61,293 nucleotides of DNA from Alloascoidea hylecoeti. Taxonomy: Eukaryota. Below the pieces are notes generated by a model, which ran no database searches, was not told the DNA's origin, and was given only the letters and a program-made list of their open reading frames with translations. The stretch's first letter is position 1. Every line of letters begins with the position of its first letter. The stretch covers positions 186,001-247,293 of the forward strand of contig BCKZ01000025.1 in NCBI GenBank assembly GCA_001600815.1, in the 5' to 3' direction. Made by a program: the position numbers and the translations under genes. Shown here piece by piece: positions 1 through 11,928 of this stretch.

Positions 1-2272
1 AGCTTCAACGATATAACTACGTACAGCTGTTAACGTTATACATATCCTACATTGATATCGCATTTAAATATGAAGAACTCGAATACAAATCACTATGTAA
101 CATATCTACTGATAATAGTCTAATAATGACATTACGACATATTCTGTGTCCAAAAGAACGATTGGCACATGTACTATGGTTACGTAATACGTATTGATTA
201 AATAAACGATATCGATATAAGGTCTTATATCAGCTGTAGCTATTTATAGCTTAATGAGAGCCTATACCTAATAGCTAACAATGTTGATATTAAATATTAA
301 ATAAATAATTTATGTATTTGAGTACAGTTAGCGTTATATTAACGATATCAAAAAATTTCAATTGCGCCAGAAAATAACTAAATGAAGTCCAAAAATTCAA
401 TACTTTAGATTGTTGATATAACTTAGTTATAACGGATGAATTAGTCTCAGCTACAATTGGGTGAGACCTATATCTAGATATAATATTGTAGCGCTATCTA
501 GCTACATTTCAATCTTCACCGAAAATGTTTCTATAACATTAAAGTGAGAGTTAATTTGAATCGTTTAATTTTGAAATTTCATAATTAATATAAAGTAAAT
601 TTTAAAAGAAACCCAGTACAATTCTTAGATAATTTAATATTGGAGCCGTTTTCAGATACATATATACGCATATGACATCCTGAATATCAAAATTAGTTAA
701 TGTGGGAAATATTTTTTATTCATGCTATGATTATTCATATACCGTTTAAGATAAAAACTGATAAAGTTCTAATTTCCTGTTTCTCACAGTTACGCCTAAA
801 TCCAACAAAACAATTGAATCCATAACCAATTAATCATTCAAAATATCATTAGAGAGCCAGTGATATATATTAATCCAAGATCCTCTCCAGCCGTTTTTTT
901 CTTGAGGTAGAATGATATCATTGGCCTCTTTGCATATTAATTGGTAACCCTATAGCTATTCAATTTAGAAGAATAGCCAAGTACCTCTCTAATCATATAA
1001 TTTTTATAGCGATTCGTAAACCCAGCCTAAAAAATTTCTCAATTACAACTAAAATAGGCCTAGCCAAAAAATTACTTTTTCTTCAAATTAGTTTCATAAA
1101 CGCCGATCCACACAAATGTTGTTAATAAACTGTTAATATTAATTTTCCAGTAAGCTGAAACATTGTTTATAAGTAAATCTTTCGATATTGCCTTAATGAT
1201 AATTATTTTCTCAATATAAACGTTTAACAACAAAATTTACTAAATTTCCCAATCATTTATTTACAGTAGATTTCTCATGGAAGTATCTGTGACATCCTGA
1301 TACCTCTTTACATATTGATCTTTTCCTCCCATAGTGACGAAAGATTTTGAACCAATTGCTATAGCCATAATCAATTATAATACAGTATATATATTAATTA
1401 AGAGAAAAAGCTACTCCTTAGCATCCGATCGCGAGTCCTATAACCGTTGCAGCAAATATTTCCTTACTTCAATTACAACTGTGTCAGGGCAATATCATAA
1501 TACGGAAATAATCGCAACTCATAAATCCGAATATATTTATTATACTCATAATAGTTGCAACAAAACCTAAAAGGTAGCTTTCTTCATTATTCATCTAATA
1601 CCTTATGGATATAACCACTTGTATATTTTGTTCCTTCTCCTCCTTGAGCTTCACAAACTCTTGCATAGTTTCATTTAATTGCTTAATATAAAGTTCTAAG
1701 CTCATTGTTGTGTCAGCGATTTTAAAGCGTTATAGGAAAATTATTGCTCTATTCTCAGTTATCTTATTATAAGTGGAAATCATCTACTCTATATATATGT
1801 AATTTATTTTACCCCTCAAAAATAATGTAGATCTTCTAGTCAACCCAATAGTATACTATGTTTGAAATATAAGGAAATGTAGAGCCTCTATTAGTTCACT
1901 TTACAATGCTTTTTGTTATTTTGTGATTATTCCTACTAAATTCAAATGAGATAAGATGACTATAGATCGCTATGAATCAAGCAAAATTGGACGAAGCTTA
2001 CAGCTACATGGTATGCAACACACACTAAATAATTGGTCCATAGATCTACAATTTCAGTATAATTTGCATCATCTATAATTTTACTTGAAGCTTGATTTTA
2101 TTTAAAATTGCATGGAAAGCAAAAAAGAACAGAAGAGGATCAAATTCAGAATTGAACGTCAAATATCTATGCATTAGAAAAGAAATGAATATTATATAAA
2201 TCATGAAAAATATATACCACGTATATTTTACAGATCGAATATCCTTAATATTCATATTAATTAAATTATTAA

Positions 2273-3820
2273 TTAAATGGTTTTCACGGCTTCTTCCTCA
2301 GTCTTTTGAGCTCTGGCTGTTTTAGCTTTTTGATATAGAGCATATTTTAAATTGACTATCAGCAGTATAGTATTTACCACAATCCAAGCAAATAGAATTC
2401 CTACACTTCTACCTATGATACTTTTTGCCCCAAACAGAATGGTCCTATTGGTATGGGCAGCTTGATATAAAGGCATCATATAACCATATTTGTAAACACC
2501 AGGCATCAACTCAAATGGCGTGAAGGCAACAGCCGAATTCAGCATTACCCAAGTAATAATACCAAAACCAATTAATGGCGGGAACACTGGAAATATGAGT
2601 AGTGCCCAATTTTCAGTAGCACCACCAAGAGCACACATAGTTAACCAATTCATCATCCAGTATACCACGAATCCACCCCTTCCATATTTATGAGTGAAGT
2701 CAACCTGAAATGCCAAAGAAACCATTGAATATGCAAGTGATAAGAAGAAATACGAAACAACATTAATAAAAATTCTATAAAGAACATATTCAAAAAATGG
2801 GACCTTCCCTAGCATTATCAGATGAATCTGATGAAAAAATAAGAATTGGAAGAACGAAATAACAATTATGAAGACAAGACCAGTTAAAACAATAACCTGT
2901 GACACATCTCCAAAAAAAGGAAGAACATTAACAGTAGTTAAACTAACGGGGTTTGATATTAGTTGTGGCACTTCACTTAGAAGTCTTGCCTGCTCTGAAT
3001 CTGTAAAATCATGTGTTATATTTGAGATAAAACCCTTAGTAAATGATTTGACAAATACAGCACTTAAAGAATTAACTTGAGATAAGACAGTAGCTTGTGT
3101 CGTTTCTAATCGTGCTTGGGCATAGATATATTGTATCAAATAATCCGAAGTAAACGAGGAATTGAATGTTTCCCTGGCAGAGAGAATGGCCTCAGTAGCA
3201 TTACGATTTATAACAATTGCGCCCCATGCCTTTTCCTCAATCATATCATGGTGAATCTTTTGTAAACCATCTTCAGTATAATTAATATTTTTAATATGAT
3301 AGTTAAGACTGCTATCTCCAGTGAAGTATTTTGTGGTTGCAATTAAACTAGGACCAACAATTGGAGCAGAGCCGTTATATCCTTCATCCCAATCAATAAC
3401 CCACACACTCAAATTGTGATATCTTTCATTTCTTTTATAATAACTACCCCAAAATATTGACAGCGACGCCAAAACCAAAGAAGACATTAATATAACAACT
3501 GGTATGAATTTAACAAAAACCTTTCGATGGTCTTCCATTAATGAAGCATCAAATATATGTACTACACGTTCGACAACAACTGTACTTGCTCTTCTTATAG
3601 CACTCATAGCTTTTGATGCTGTGGTTTCAGTTCGTTTCAAGGACTCACGGTTTCCATCCGATGAATTTCGATATTGGAGAATACCGCTATTCTCACCGTC
3701 TATATCATTGATATCATTGGTGTTATTATTAAGTCCTGGGGTTGCTAACGAATGTGAGGCAGCTAAAGGATCTTCGCTGTCAAGACTATCTCTATTGCTA
3801 TCAATAAATTTTTCCGACAT
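2273..3820 (-). CDS. SNG1: SNG1/DUF3533-family multi-pass membrane protein, copy A
   Basis: 515-aa ORF: N-terminal TM (SIFWGSYY), lumenal region, about 6 C-terminal TMs with GRGGFVVYWMMNWLTM and PFELMPGVYKYGYMMP motifs typical of the yeast Sng1/YJR015W family. Confidence 0.8.
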   Translation of the reverse strand: MSEKFIDSNRDSLDSEDPLAASHSLATPGLNNNTNDINDIDGENSGILQYRNSSDGNRESLKRTETTASKAMSAIRRASTVVVERVVHIFDASLMEDHRKVFVKFIPVVILMSSLVLASLSIFWGSYYKRNERYHNLSVWVIDWDEGYNGSAPIVGPSLIATTKYFTGDSSLNYHIKNINYTEDGLQKIHHDMIEEKAWGAIVINRNATEAILSARETFNSSFTSDYLIQYIYAQARLETTQATVLSQVNSLSAVFVKSFTKGFISNITHDFTDSEQARLLSEVPQLISNPVSLTTVNVLPFFGDVSQVIVLTGLVFIIVISFFQFLFFHQIHLIMLGKVPFFEYVLYRIFINVVSYFFLSLAYSMVSLAFQVDFTHKYGRGGFVVYWMMNWLTMCALGGATENWALLIFPVFPPLIGFGIITWVMLNSAVAFTPFELMPGVYKYGYMMPLYQAAHTNRTILFGAKSIIGRSVGILFAWIVVNTILLIVNLKYALYQKAKTARAQKTEEEAVKTI

Positions 3821-4312
3821 TATCGTTATGTGTAGAAGTACAATGCGGATAATGCTGGGGTGAATGTCTGTGTAACAGTGTTTATACGGGGGATCGAAGT
3901 TTAAGTTTAATTTAATGATTGTTAAGCAATAAACATAAACATGCCTGCTTATAATATTTTAGGGATAATTGGCTACATCAAAGACCATCTAATATAGCCA
4001 TCATGTCTCGTGGAAAGCTATAGAAGTAGCACAATAGTGTTTACCTATTTTCCGCGATATCAATTGAAGCAAAATACGTTAGCGTGGAGACAGACCTTCG
4101 GCAATAAGATTAGGGGTTATCGACACATGATACAAATACTACTTCCGATTTGCCGAAACTAAATGGACATCTATCTCAATCACAATGCTCTGATTAGTAT
4201 TCGAGTTATATTGTAATTATTACAATCATATAATTTCATAGGTAACTCACAATTCCACTTAGTTTAGGTCTTTTCTAGCCTCTATATCATGATGAGCTTA
4301 CAGTACTTTGCG

Positions 4313-4490
4313 TAAATAAATATCGACCACCTATATTCGCTCACAGTTGAGATAATATTAGCCCACATGTTGAATTAGTAATTCCACCACATGACGTAAA
4401 GCATGTTCGACCATCTTCTAAATTAAATATTCGACCCCTCCTTGAGTTAATATTAGACCACCATTCAAATGAAATACATGTTGATCATCC
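4313..4490 (+). repeat. degenerate tandem array, about 8 units of 22-25 bp, core TAAATATTCGACCAC-like
   Basis: units such as aaatatcgaccac, taatattagcccac, atgttcgaccatc, taaatattcgacccc, taatattagaccac. Confidence 0.55.
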
Positions 4491-5710
4491 TTAACACATC
4501 ATTAATTTACACATGGCATTTACAACAAGCCTAGATTTGTTTGGAGGTTTATCAGGAGATAAAAGGTTTCCATTTGATCCTTAATGTCGATGTTGGCTTC
4601 AATAACTGGTGCGATAAAATATTATTACTTCACTGTGATGGGTTATCTTGCATGATAATATTCAAAGAATAAATCTTTACCTGACAAAATTAATATTAAA
4701 ATGAGTTCTACCTTATACATTTATGGAATGTCTATGAGATATAAATTGATACAATGGATAGATATTGGGTATATTCTTATCAAAATTGTTATATAAGTGA
4801 ATCTTCGCTGATTTTAAATTTCAATAGGTGATATATAGACAGATTGCTGAACACATAACTGTCAGGCAATACCAATCACAAACTCCTACCTACATAACAT
4901 ATTTCTTTATGGAAGCTGTAATATTAATTGCTATTTCGTTTGTGTAGTAATTAAAGAGAAAAGATCTGAAATAGATTGGGGTCCATCGAAAATTGTTACA
5001 TTAATATTTCGCCCACCTCTGAAAAGCCTTTAATTATAACCTTGCAGTAAATACATCCGAGTAATACGAGTAGTATGTGTGTGTGTAATGCGAATTAGGC
5101 CTAGTTACCGGTACGTAGAGTAGAGACTGGTATATAGTAGATTCCTAAAATATTTTAGACCTGGATATTATGGACAATATACCTAAAATATATTTAATGA
5201 TTATTTGATTGCAATTTTTTGTAGGAGTCAAAAACTTTAATAAAACTAATCAGCGGATGAGTTACGAATTATACATTTAATTTCCATAGCCAAAGATATC
5301 ACTATACTAATACTATGGCTAATTATATGCCTCTATTGATTATCAATCAAAAAATGACCAAAATTAACAAATCTATCTTAAAATGATATTGACCCTATAT
5401 CTAGAGCTCTGTAATCGATATATAAACAATTGGTATGAGGCTATAAGCAGGTGGAGTTACATGAGGCAGCCGCATACATTACGTACTATGTTCATTAAGT
5501 TCTGCTATCTCGATTAACAAGATAAGAAACTATATATGCAAAATAATGCAATATTACAAATGTTTTAACAAACGATAACTAACTAACTTATCAGGTTACA
5601 ATTGTATTATATGTACAAACGTCTACTTTGGGTATAATGCTTAATTATAAATAATATTCATTATCTACCCACATTAGATACGCGTGAAAAAGAATCGAAG
5701 TTAACGTTTC

Positions 5711-5729
5711 ACTGGCCACAGTGGCCAGT
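5711..5729. repeat. perfect short palindrome ACTGGCCAC-A-GTGGCCAGT upstream of the MFS gene
   Basis: 9-bp perfect arms around 1 nt, about 290 bp before the ATG at 6015. Confidence 0.6.
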
Positions 5730-6014
5730 AGCCAACGATAATATGTCATATCAACTCTCATCGATATCGCAATTAAAATATAACTTATAATTTATTTATA
5801 TCCAAAAATTGCAATATAATCCTTGACCACTCTTACGACTTCATCATTAATTCATAACTAAAAATAATTATTGATCCTTTCCTTATATTTATACCATCAT
5901 ATATTTAGGCCTATACTCCAACAAATAATAGTGATTTATATTAAGCTTACCATTGAGCATCAATATTCAATTAAACCTTAATTACAGGCAAACTTTCAAA
6001 TTCAAATATTAATA

Positions 6015-7685
6015 ATGAGTGAAGAATATGAAATTGTTCCAGGTACAACATATCTTGTTGATGTGAATAATATTTCAAATCTAGGAGATATTAATGTTAA
6101 AAAACGTAGCGATATTATCCTTTTCCCTCAACCTTCCAATGACCCAAATGATCCCTTAAATTGGTCAAAAGCGAGAAAGGAGTTTCATTTCGCATTGGTT
6201 TGGCTCTGGGGGTTCATATTGGCAGCAGCGGTCAATTGGATTCCACCTGTTTATGATGTTGTTAAAGAATATTATCGGGTTAGCTATAATACATTAAATA
6301 TTGCAAGTGCCCTTTGTTTTCTATTTCTTGGATTGGGATGCCTAATCTTACAACCCATTGCCCTAAAAATCGGTAGAAGGCCCGTTTACATGATGGGCTC
6401 TATATCTGATATAATCGGATGTATCGTCTGTGGTATTGGAAAAACTGTAGGTAGTTTACATGCTAATAATTGTCTAGCTGGTTTTGGTGCTGCTCCAGTT
6501 GATTCTTTAATTCAGATTTCGATCACCGATATATTTTTCTTACATGAACACGGAAGAAGATTAAGTATTTATATGTTTTCTTTATATGCTGGGTCATATC
6601 TTTCTCCAGTAGCCGCAGGATACGTTTATAAAGGTCAAGGGAATAATTGGAAATGGATTATTTGGTGGTTTTTAATAATTAATTCTGCCTTGCTGGTTCT
6701 TCAATTTTTTTGCATGGAAGAGAGTCTTTACAAAAGAGACAAGTCAACTTCGAATAAACCATTAACTGGAGATGTTGGTGCCGGCTTTGAATACAAATTG
6801 AAACATTCCGGATCCGAAGATGAAAGTCATAATAGCACACACAAAAATGAGAAATTTGGTGCAGCGGCTATATCTAATGATCAAGTTGATTGCGAGCTCG
6901 AAGTGGGTGAAATCAGTGGCTTAATTCCATTGAAATCTTATAAAGAGAAATTGAGATTATGGTCTCCTCAAGAAGGCAGTGATGAATCAATCATACGTTT
7001 ATTTTATACTCCATTTTTAACTGGCAGATATCCAGCTGTTGTTTGGTCTTCTGTCCTTTATGGTATTCAAATCTCATGGCTTTCGTTACTGAATGTAACG
7101 CAATCTGAATTTTTTGGTACATCTCCTTATAACTGGTCTACCAGTACAGTAGGATTGGTTAATCTGGCTTCATTTGTTGGGGGTATGCTAGGGATGCTTT
7201 ATGGCGCTTCTACCGATATATTTCAACTCTATCTTACTAGAAGAAATAAAGGTTACTATGAACCAGAATTTAGATTATGGACCCTCACCATTGGTGGAAT
7301 TATAAATACGGCAGGAATTTTAATGTATGGTCTTGGTGTAAGCCATGGAATTAACTGGGTATTTCCAGTATTTGGTGTTGGATTTATTGGCTTTGGCATT
7401 AGTGCTTGTGGTGCTATTTCAATGACATATTCGGTAGATTCCTATCCTGAACAAACTGGTCAAACAATGGTATTCATACTGTTTGTTAGAAACATGCTTG
7501 GAATGATATTCACCTTTGTGTTTCAATATTGGATTGATGGGATGGGCATCAATGGCACCACTGGATTATGTGCTGCAATTTGTTTTGCATCAAATTATTC
7601 ATTTATAATTTTCATTATATGGGGAAAGCGTTGGAGAAGAATGACTTCTAAATGGTATCTGAAAGAGGTCGAACAGGCGAAATAG
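6015..7685 (+). CDS. MFS transporter, HOL1-like
   Basis: 556 aa; PQPSNDPNDPLNW leader, GRRPVY loop motif, EPEFRL motif, about 12 hydrophobic segments. Confidence 0.85.
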   Translation: MSEEYEIVPGTTYLVDVNNISNLGDINVKKRSDIILFPQPSNDPNDPLNWSKARKEFHFALVWLWGFILAAAVNWIPPVYDVVKEYYRVSYNTLNIASALCFLFLGLGCLILQPIALKIGRRPVYMMGSISDIIGCIVCGIGKTVGSLHANNCLAGFGAAPVDSLIQISITDIFFLHEHGRRLSIYMFSLYAGSYLSPVAAGYVYKGQGNNWKWIIWWFLIINSALLVLQFFCMEESLYKRDKSTSNKPLTGDVGAGFEYKLKHSGSEDESHNSTHKNEKFGAAAISNDQVDCELEVGEISGLIPLKSYKEKLRLWSPQEGSDESIIRLFYTPFLTGRYPAVVWSSVLYGIQISWLSLLNVTQSEFFGTSPYNWSTSTVGLVNLASFVGGMLGMLYGASTDIFQLYLTRRNKGYYEPEFRLWTLTIGGIINTAGILMYGLGVSHGINWVFPVFGVGFIGFGISACGAISMTYSVDSYPEQTGQTMVFILFVRNMLGMIFTFVFQYWIDGMGINGTTGLCAAICFASNYSFIIFIIWGKRWRRMTSKWYLKEVEQAK

Positions 7686-8079
7686 ATGAAATATAAGTTT
7701 AACCAGACAATTGTTTTATTAATTCTTCTATAATCAAGCAGTAAGTTTATCTCATGTTGATGTTTTGATAATGTAGTTATTCTCACTAATAAAATAAGTG
7801 GACTTAAGTTAAATTTTGTATAATGTGCCTTTCTTGCATACTTATACCAATCATCAGTTAATACACTACTACCATTTTGACATTTGATATAAGTTGGATT
7901 TTCTAAATATTGATGAGGAAAACGTGGGAAAGCTTTTCTAATTGTTGTATCACCAGCTAACGTTTTCGGAAAATAATCTTTTGGGCATTACCAGTATCAA
8001 ATCATAAGCGGTGAAAAGAACAACATATAAAATAATTTGATATTCAAGTGACCAATTATACTTAGCCTCCTAAATTTTT

Positions 8080-8480
8080 CAATTTAAGGACTGGAGAATT
8101 ATCCTGCTGAAAATTTCATAAAAGGTATTGGTAACCCGTTATGATATAGATCTACACCTCTTCCCTGAAACTTCTCCGTAACAGACGAATATCGCGTGCT
8201 TTTCGTCGGATCTCTTTGTAATTCTCTTACTAAACCATTCCCATCTCGCTAAGATAATTTAGCTTGCCACCAGTTGGTCTACAGTGTCAATATATTTGTA
8301 GTGATGAATTTGTAGTGACGAATTTGTAGTGAAGCTGGAAGCGGTATTCTGAGGAACACCTACAATTTTTCCAGTTTTAGCATAGCTATGGCCTGATCCA
8401 ACAAATTCAATCGATGATTAGGAAAATTGAGTATCGGCATAGTCCAGTTGGGTCTTTTCCCATCAATCGGTAGCCCTGTA
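8080..8480 (-). mobile_element. degenerate, internally deleted Tc1/IS630-type transposase relic A
   Basis: minus-strand fragments read MGK.. (ATG 8463), GSGHSYAKTGKIVGVPQNTA (HTH-like) and FQQDNSPV (DDE second-Asp motif, about 8088-8112); possible TA|CAGGG end at 8478-8480; stops and frameshifts. Confidence 0.65.
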
Positions 8481-8510
8481 GTACGCTTCTAAGCCAAATA
8501 TTGTATAAGA

Positions 8511-8760
8511 CACTGCTTATATAATATGTCATAGAGCTGAGTCAGCTTTCCAGCTCTTACCGTCATTACACTTAATTTCGGCCATTATTAAACTAAACGT
8601 TCGGTCACATAATCTTACGATGTCGGATAATAGTGGCCGAATATTAGGCGCACCATCCGCTCAAACGTTCAGTAAAAAGGTGGTCGAAATTAAGTGGAAT
8701 GATAGTCCGCAAAACGATGGAAAAGCTGACTCAGCTCAATGTCTGATTATATAAGCAGCG
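8511..8760. repeat. imperfect inverted repeat (arms 8511-8584 and 8681-8760), MITE-like, in the promoter of the CP-repeat gene
   Basis: cactgcttatataat..gagctgagtcagcttt..cacttaatttcggcca pairs with tggtcgaaattaagtg..aaagctgactcagctc..attatataagcagcg. Confidence 0.75.
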
Positions 8761-8959
8761 CCTCACACGTGACTATAGTACATGCTCATCGCGTGGAGGC
8801 TAAAGTGGCTAAGACATGCATCAAGTACTACAAAAGTAGCCAGATTTTATGTTTAAGCCGACCAATCACAACATCACAGTAGTAAGCCTTTGTTCAATAA
8901 TATAAATAGAGCGAAGTTCACCTTATTCTTCTCAAACAATCTCTCTGATTACATCTTAA

Positions 8960-10672
8960 ATGTCTTGTCCGAATAAAAAACAAAAAGACTCTTGCGCTTG
9001 CAAGAACATAGAGAATGCATCAACCTCTGATTTAAAGTACAGTATTGCTGAACAAATCAGTGGAATCGATGATATCGATACTTTAAAACAACTATCTTAT
9101 AGACTTATTGAAAAGGTTAACAATTCAAATGACCTCGAAAAATATCTTGATAATCTTCAATGCGTGGGATCAGAATTGTCTTCCATAGATGATTTCAAAG
9201 CCTACTTTACAGAGAATGAAGAAGAAGCAAAATATATCCATGGAAATCATGATCATTACCATGGGCACCGTCGTAATCACCATTCCCCAGATAATCGCGG
9301 ATATAATCACTATGGACCTCCTCCCCATCCTCCTTTTTATCCTCACCAGTCTGAAAACTTTTGGTCAATGACTCCTTATTTCGGATATCCTGGACAATTC
9401 TCATATCCTGGTTATAATCCTCATGCATATGGAAATTTTGGTGGTCCTAAAAGGGGATCTTGTCCTTTTAAATTTTCCAAAGCTAATCCATGGAAAAGAT
9501 ATGGAACCTACGCTGATTATTCTTCTAGTGAGGAGACTTCTAGTGATGAAAGCGATTATCGTCATAGACAACGGGGTTCATTAGGGTCCTGTCCTGTATT
9601 TCGAGATAATTATCACCATCCTTGTCCAAAGAAAAAGTACTCCAAAGGTGGAAGATGTTCTATAGGATCAGAGAAGTATCAATCTAAGGACTTTTATCAA
9701 ACTAATTTTGGAAAGTGGCCGGCTTTTGGTAGAAGTTATCATAAGCGCCCACATTTTTTAAAAGAACAAACATGTCCTATGAGAAAGTTTCCACCTATGG
9801 GGAAATGTCCAATGTTTCATCAATCATCTAATGAACATGAGTGTCCAATGAGAAAGTGTCCAGCTATGGAGAAATGTCCAGCATTTACAGATTCTTTTCA
9901 GTATCACGCATCTGAACATAAATGTCCTCTGTTCCCCCATTCATCTTATGAACATGAGTGCCCAATGAGAAAATGTCCAGCTATGGAGAAATTTCCAGTG
10001 TTCCATCATTCATCCAGTGAACATGAGTGTCCAATGAGAAAGTGTCCAGCTATGGAAAAATGTCCAGCATTTAAAGATTTTCATTCTCATTCATCTGACG
10101 AGCATACTTGTCCAATGAGAAAATGCCCAGCTATGGAGAAATGTCCAGCATTTAAAAATTCTTTTCAATATCACCCATCTGAAGACCATACTTGTCCAAT
10201 GAGAAAATGTCCAGCTATGGAGAAATGTCCAGTGTTCCATCATTCATCCAGTGAACATGAGTGTCCAATGAGAAAATGTCCAGCTATGGAAAAATGTCCA
10301 GCATTTAAAGATTTTCATTCTCATTCATCTGACGAGCATACCTGTCCAATGAGAAAATGTCCAGTTGTAGATAAATGTCCGGCATTTCATGAAAAATCAG
10401 AATCTGATGAAAATTGTTGTAAATCTGACAAAGTTGCTAGTAAAGAATACCCAGTAAAGAAATGTCCCGTTTCACATGATATTGCTATGAAGTCTGGTAA
10501 TAAATGTCCTGTTTTTCATGGAGAGGGATCCAAGGATTCAAAACTTACTGAATCGCCTGCAGTTACTAATAAGTTATCTGTTTCTGATGAGAAAAAAGTG
10601 GAGGCCCCAAAAGAGAAGAAAGCAGAAGTTTCAGAAGAGAAAGTAGCAAAAGCCCTAAAAGAGAATAATTAG
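8960..10672 (+). CDS. orphan Cys-Pro/His repeat protein (8 CPMRK-containing units, 29 CP dipeptides)
   Basis: 570-aa ORF with TATAAATA about 60 bp upstream; N- and C-termini shared with the paralog at 16304; no recognisable family. Confidence 0.85.
   Translation: MSCPNKKQKDSCACKNIENASTSDLKYSIAEQISGIDDIDTLKQLSYRLIEKVNNSNDLEKYLDNLQCVGSELSSIDDFKAYFTENEEEAKYIHGNHDHYHGHRRNHHSPDNRGYNHYGPPPHPPFYPHQSENFWSMTPYFGYPGQFSYPGYNPHAYGNFGGPKRGSCPFKFSKANPWKRYGTYADYSSSEETSSDESDYRHRQRGSLGSCPVFRDNYHHPCPKKKYSKGGRCSIGSEKYQSKDFYQTNFGKWPAFGRSYHKRPHFLKEQTCPMRKFPPMGKCPMFHQSSNEHECPMRKCPAMEKCPAFTDSFQYHASEHKCPLFPHSSYEHECPMRKCPAMEKFPVFHHSSSEHECPMRKCPAMEKCPAFKDFHSHSSDEHTCPMRKCPAMEKCPAFKNSFQYHPSEDHTCPMRKCPAMEKCPVFHHSSSEHECPMRKCPAMEKCPAFKDFHSHSSDEHTCPMRKCPVVDKCPAFHEKSESDENCCKSDKVASKEYPVKKCPVSHDIAMKSGNKCPVFHGEGSKDSKLTESPAVTNKLSVSDEKKVEAPKEKKAEVSEEKVAKALKENN
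9770..10390 (+). repeat. coding tandem repeat (H-E/T-CPMRKCPAMEKCPA/VF..) with a 234-nt higher-order period
   Basis: the block starting at 9995 recurs almost exactly at 10229. Confidence 0.9.
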
Positions 10673-11099
10673 GAAATTTTCAAAATTTATGAATAAAAAG
10701 TAATTAATCCAAATTCCCGAAAGAAAGTACAACTTTATGACTATTGTGATAATTTATGTTAAATATTAAGTATGATATATGCGCTATATAATTTCATTTT
10801 AATACAAGAAAAGCCGAATATAATAATATGCTTTACTTACTTTGTAACAAATTACTATTATCGATTTTTTATTTTTTATTTCTGATGATCAATCACAAAG
10901 AAGCAAAATTATGAAAATTCAAATTTAATGCAAAAATTGGACAGCTCTAGTTCAATAACTACTTATAAATTAAATATAATAAAGTTTAAGGGAATCATTC
11001 TCATTCATGCTGAATTATAGGGTAACACTTCTAATAAAAAGGTCTTTTAAAAATATCAATAATTTGGAGATTAACAGAGTAATAGTAATATCTCGTTAA

Positions 11100-11522
11100 T
11101 TTGGTCGGATGGACTCTGTTAAAAGTGGCAAAATTGTAGGTGTTCCTCAGAATACCGCGAGACACTTCTAACGCTACAAATCCATAGATACTATAGACCA
11201 ACTGGCAGAAAGTATAGGACTGATATATATAAGAGCATAATTATATCAAAGAAGTCCGACGAAACCTACGCGATATTCATCTGTTAAGGAGAAGTTGCTC
11301 CAGACCTAAATCCCATTGAAAACCGTGTCTTGTACAAGCTCAAAAGTAAATTCACAAAAGGTATCTAGAGTTAGTCATAATGAAAGGTGAAGTCAAGAAG
11401 GTAAGTAATCGCGTTTCAGTTACGGGATAAGCTAGATTGATTGTTTTGACCAACTCATCGCATCGATACCAAAGCGATTAAAACTAGTTGTAGCAGCAAA
11501 AGGGGGGTACACTGACTACTAG
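11100..11522 (+). mobile_element. degenerate Tc1-type transposase relic B
   Basis: reads GKIVGVPQNTA, then APDLNPIENRVLYKLK (Tc1 SPDLNPIEN motif, about 11297), and ends LIASIPKRLKLVVAAKGGYTDY* (Tc1-type C-terminus); 11127-11297 is an inverted homologue of 8169-8373. Confidence 0.8.
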
Positions 11523-11928
11523 GATTGTCTCCAAGGTATTTAGACAGGTTAGGGAACGTGATTTGTATTTAATTTGATAACATTTCCTTTAGAATTGGTC
11601 CAGGATTTTATGTTTCTAAAGTATAGGCCTATACATATATTTTTAAAGTGAAGCAGCATAACCACCCCTGACTATTAGACATCCATATAGTTACTGTTTT
11701 CATACTTACTATTGTTTTAAACACACCATCATATTTATCTTCCGTTGTATAAATGACGCTGATCTTATGTATTTATATATAAAAATTTAAATAGTTGAAT
11801 ACTCTTTTCGATAAAATTCTATACAATAAGTTAGGTATCACCTGAAAAATTGAACGTCAAATGGCTTTATATGAAATAACATATTATAGATATATGGTAT
11901 ATATAATCAATTATTTTAACATTAATTA

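Noticed and set aside
920..954. Possible further Tc1 end resembling 8451-8480
   Set aside because: Short AT-rich similarity only, with no transposase motif found next to it
1334..2255. Short ORFs of 78 and 60 aa (and similar ones at 13731, 18432, 22996, 29528, 55048)
   Set aside because: Short, AT-biased or homopolymer-driven, with no motifs; no support as genes
4313..4490. CRISPR-like array
   Set aside because: Eukaryotic context, degenerate units, spacers under 12 bp, no cas genes
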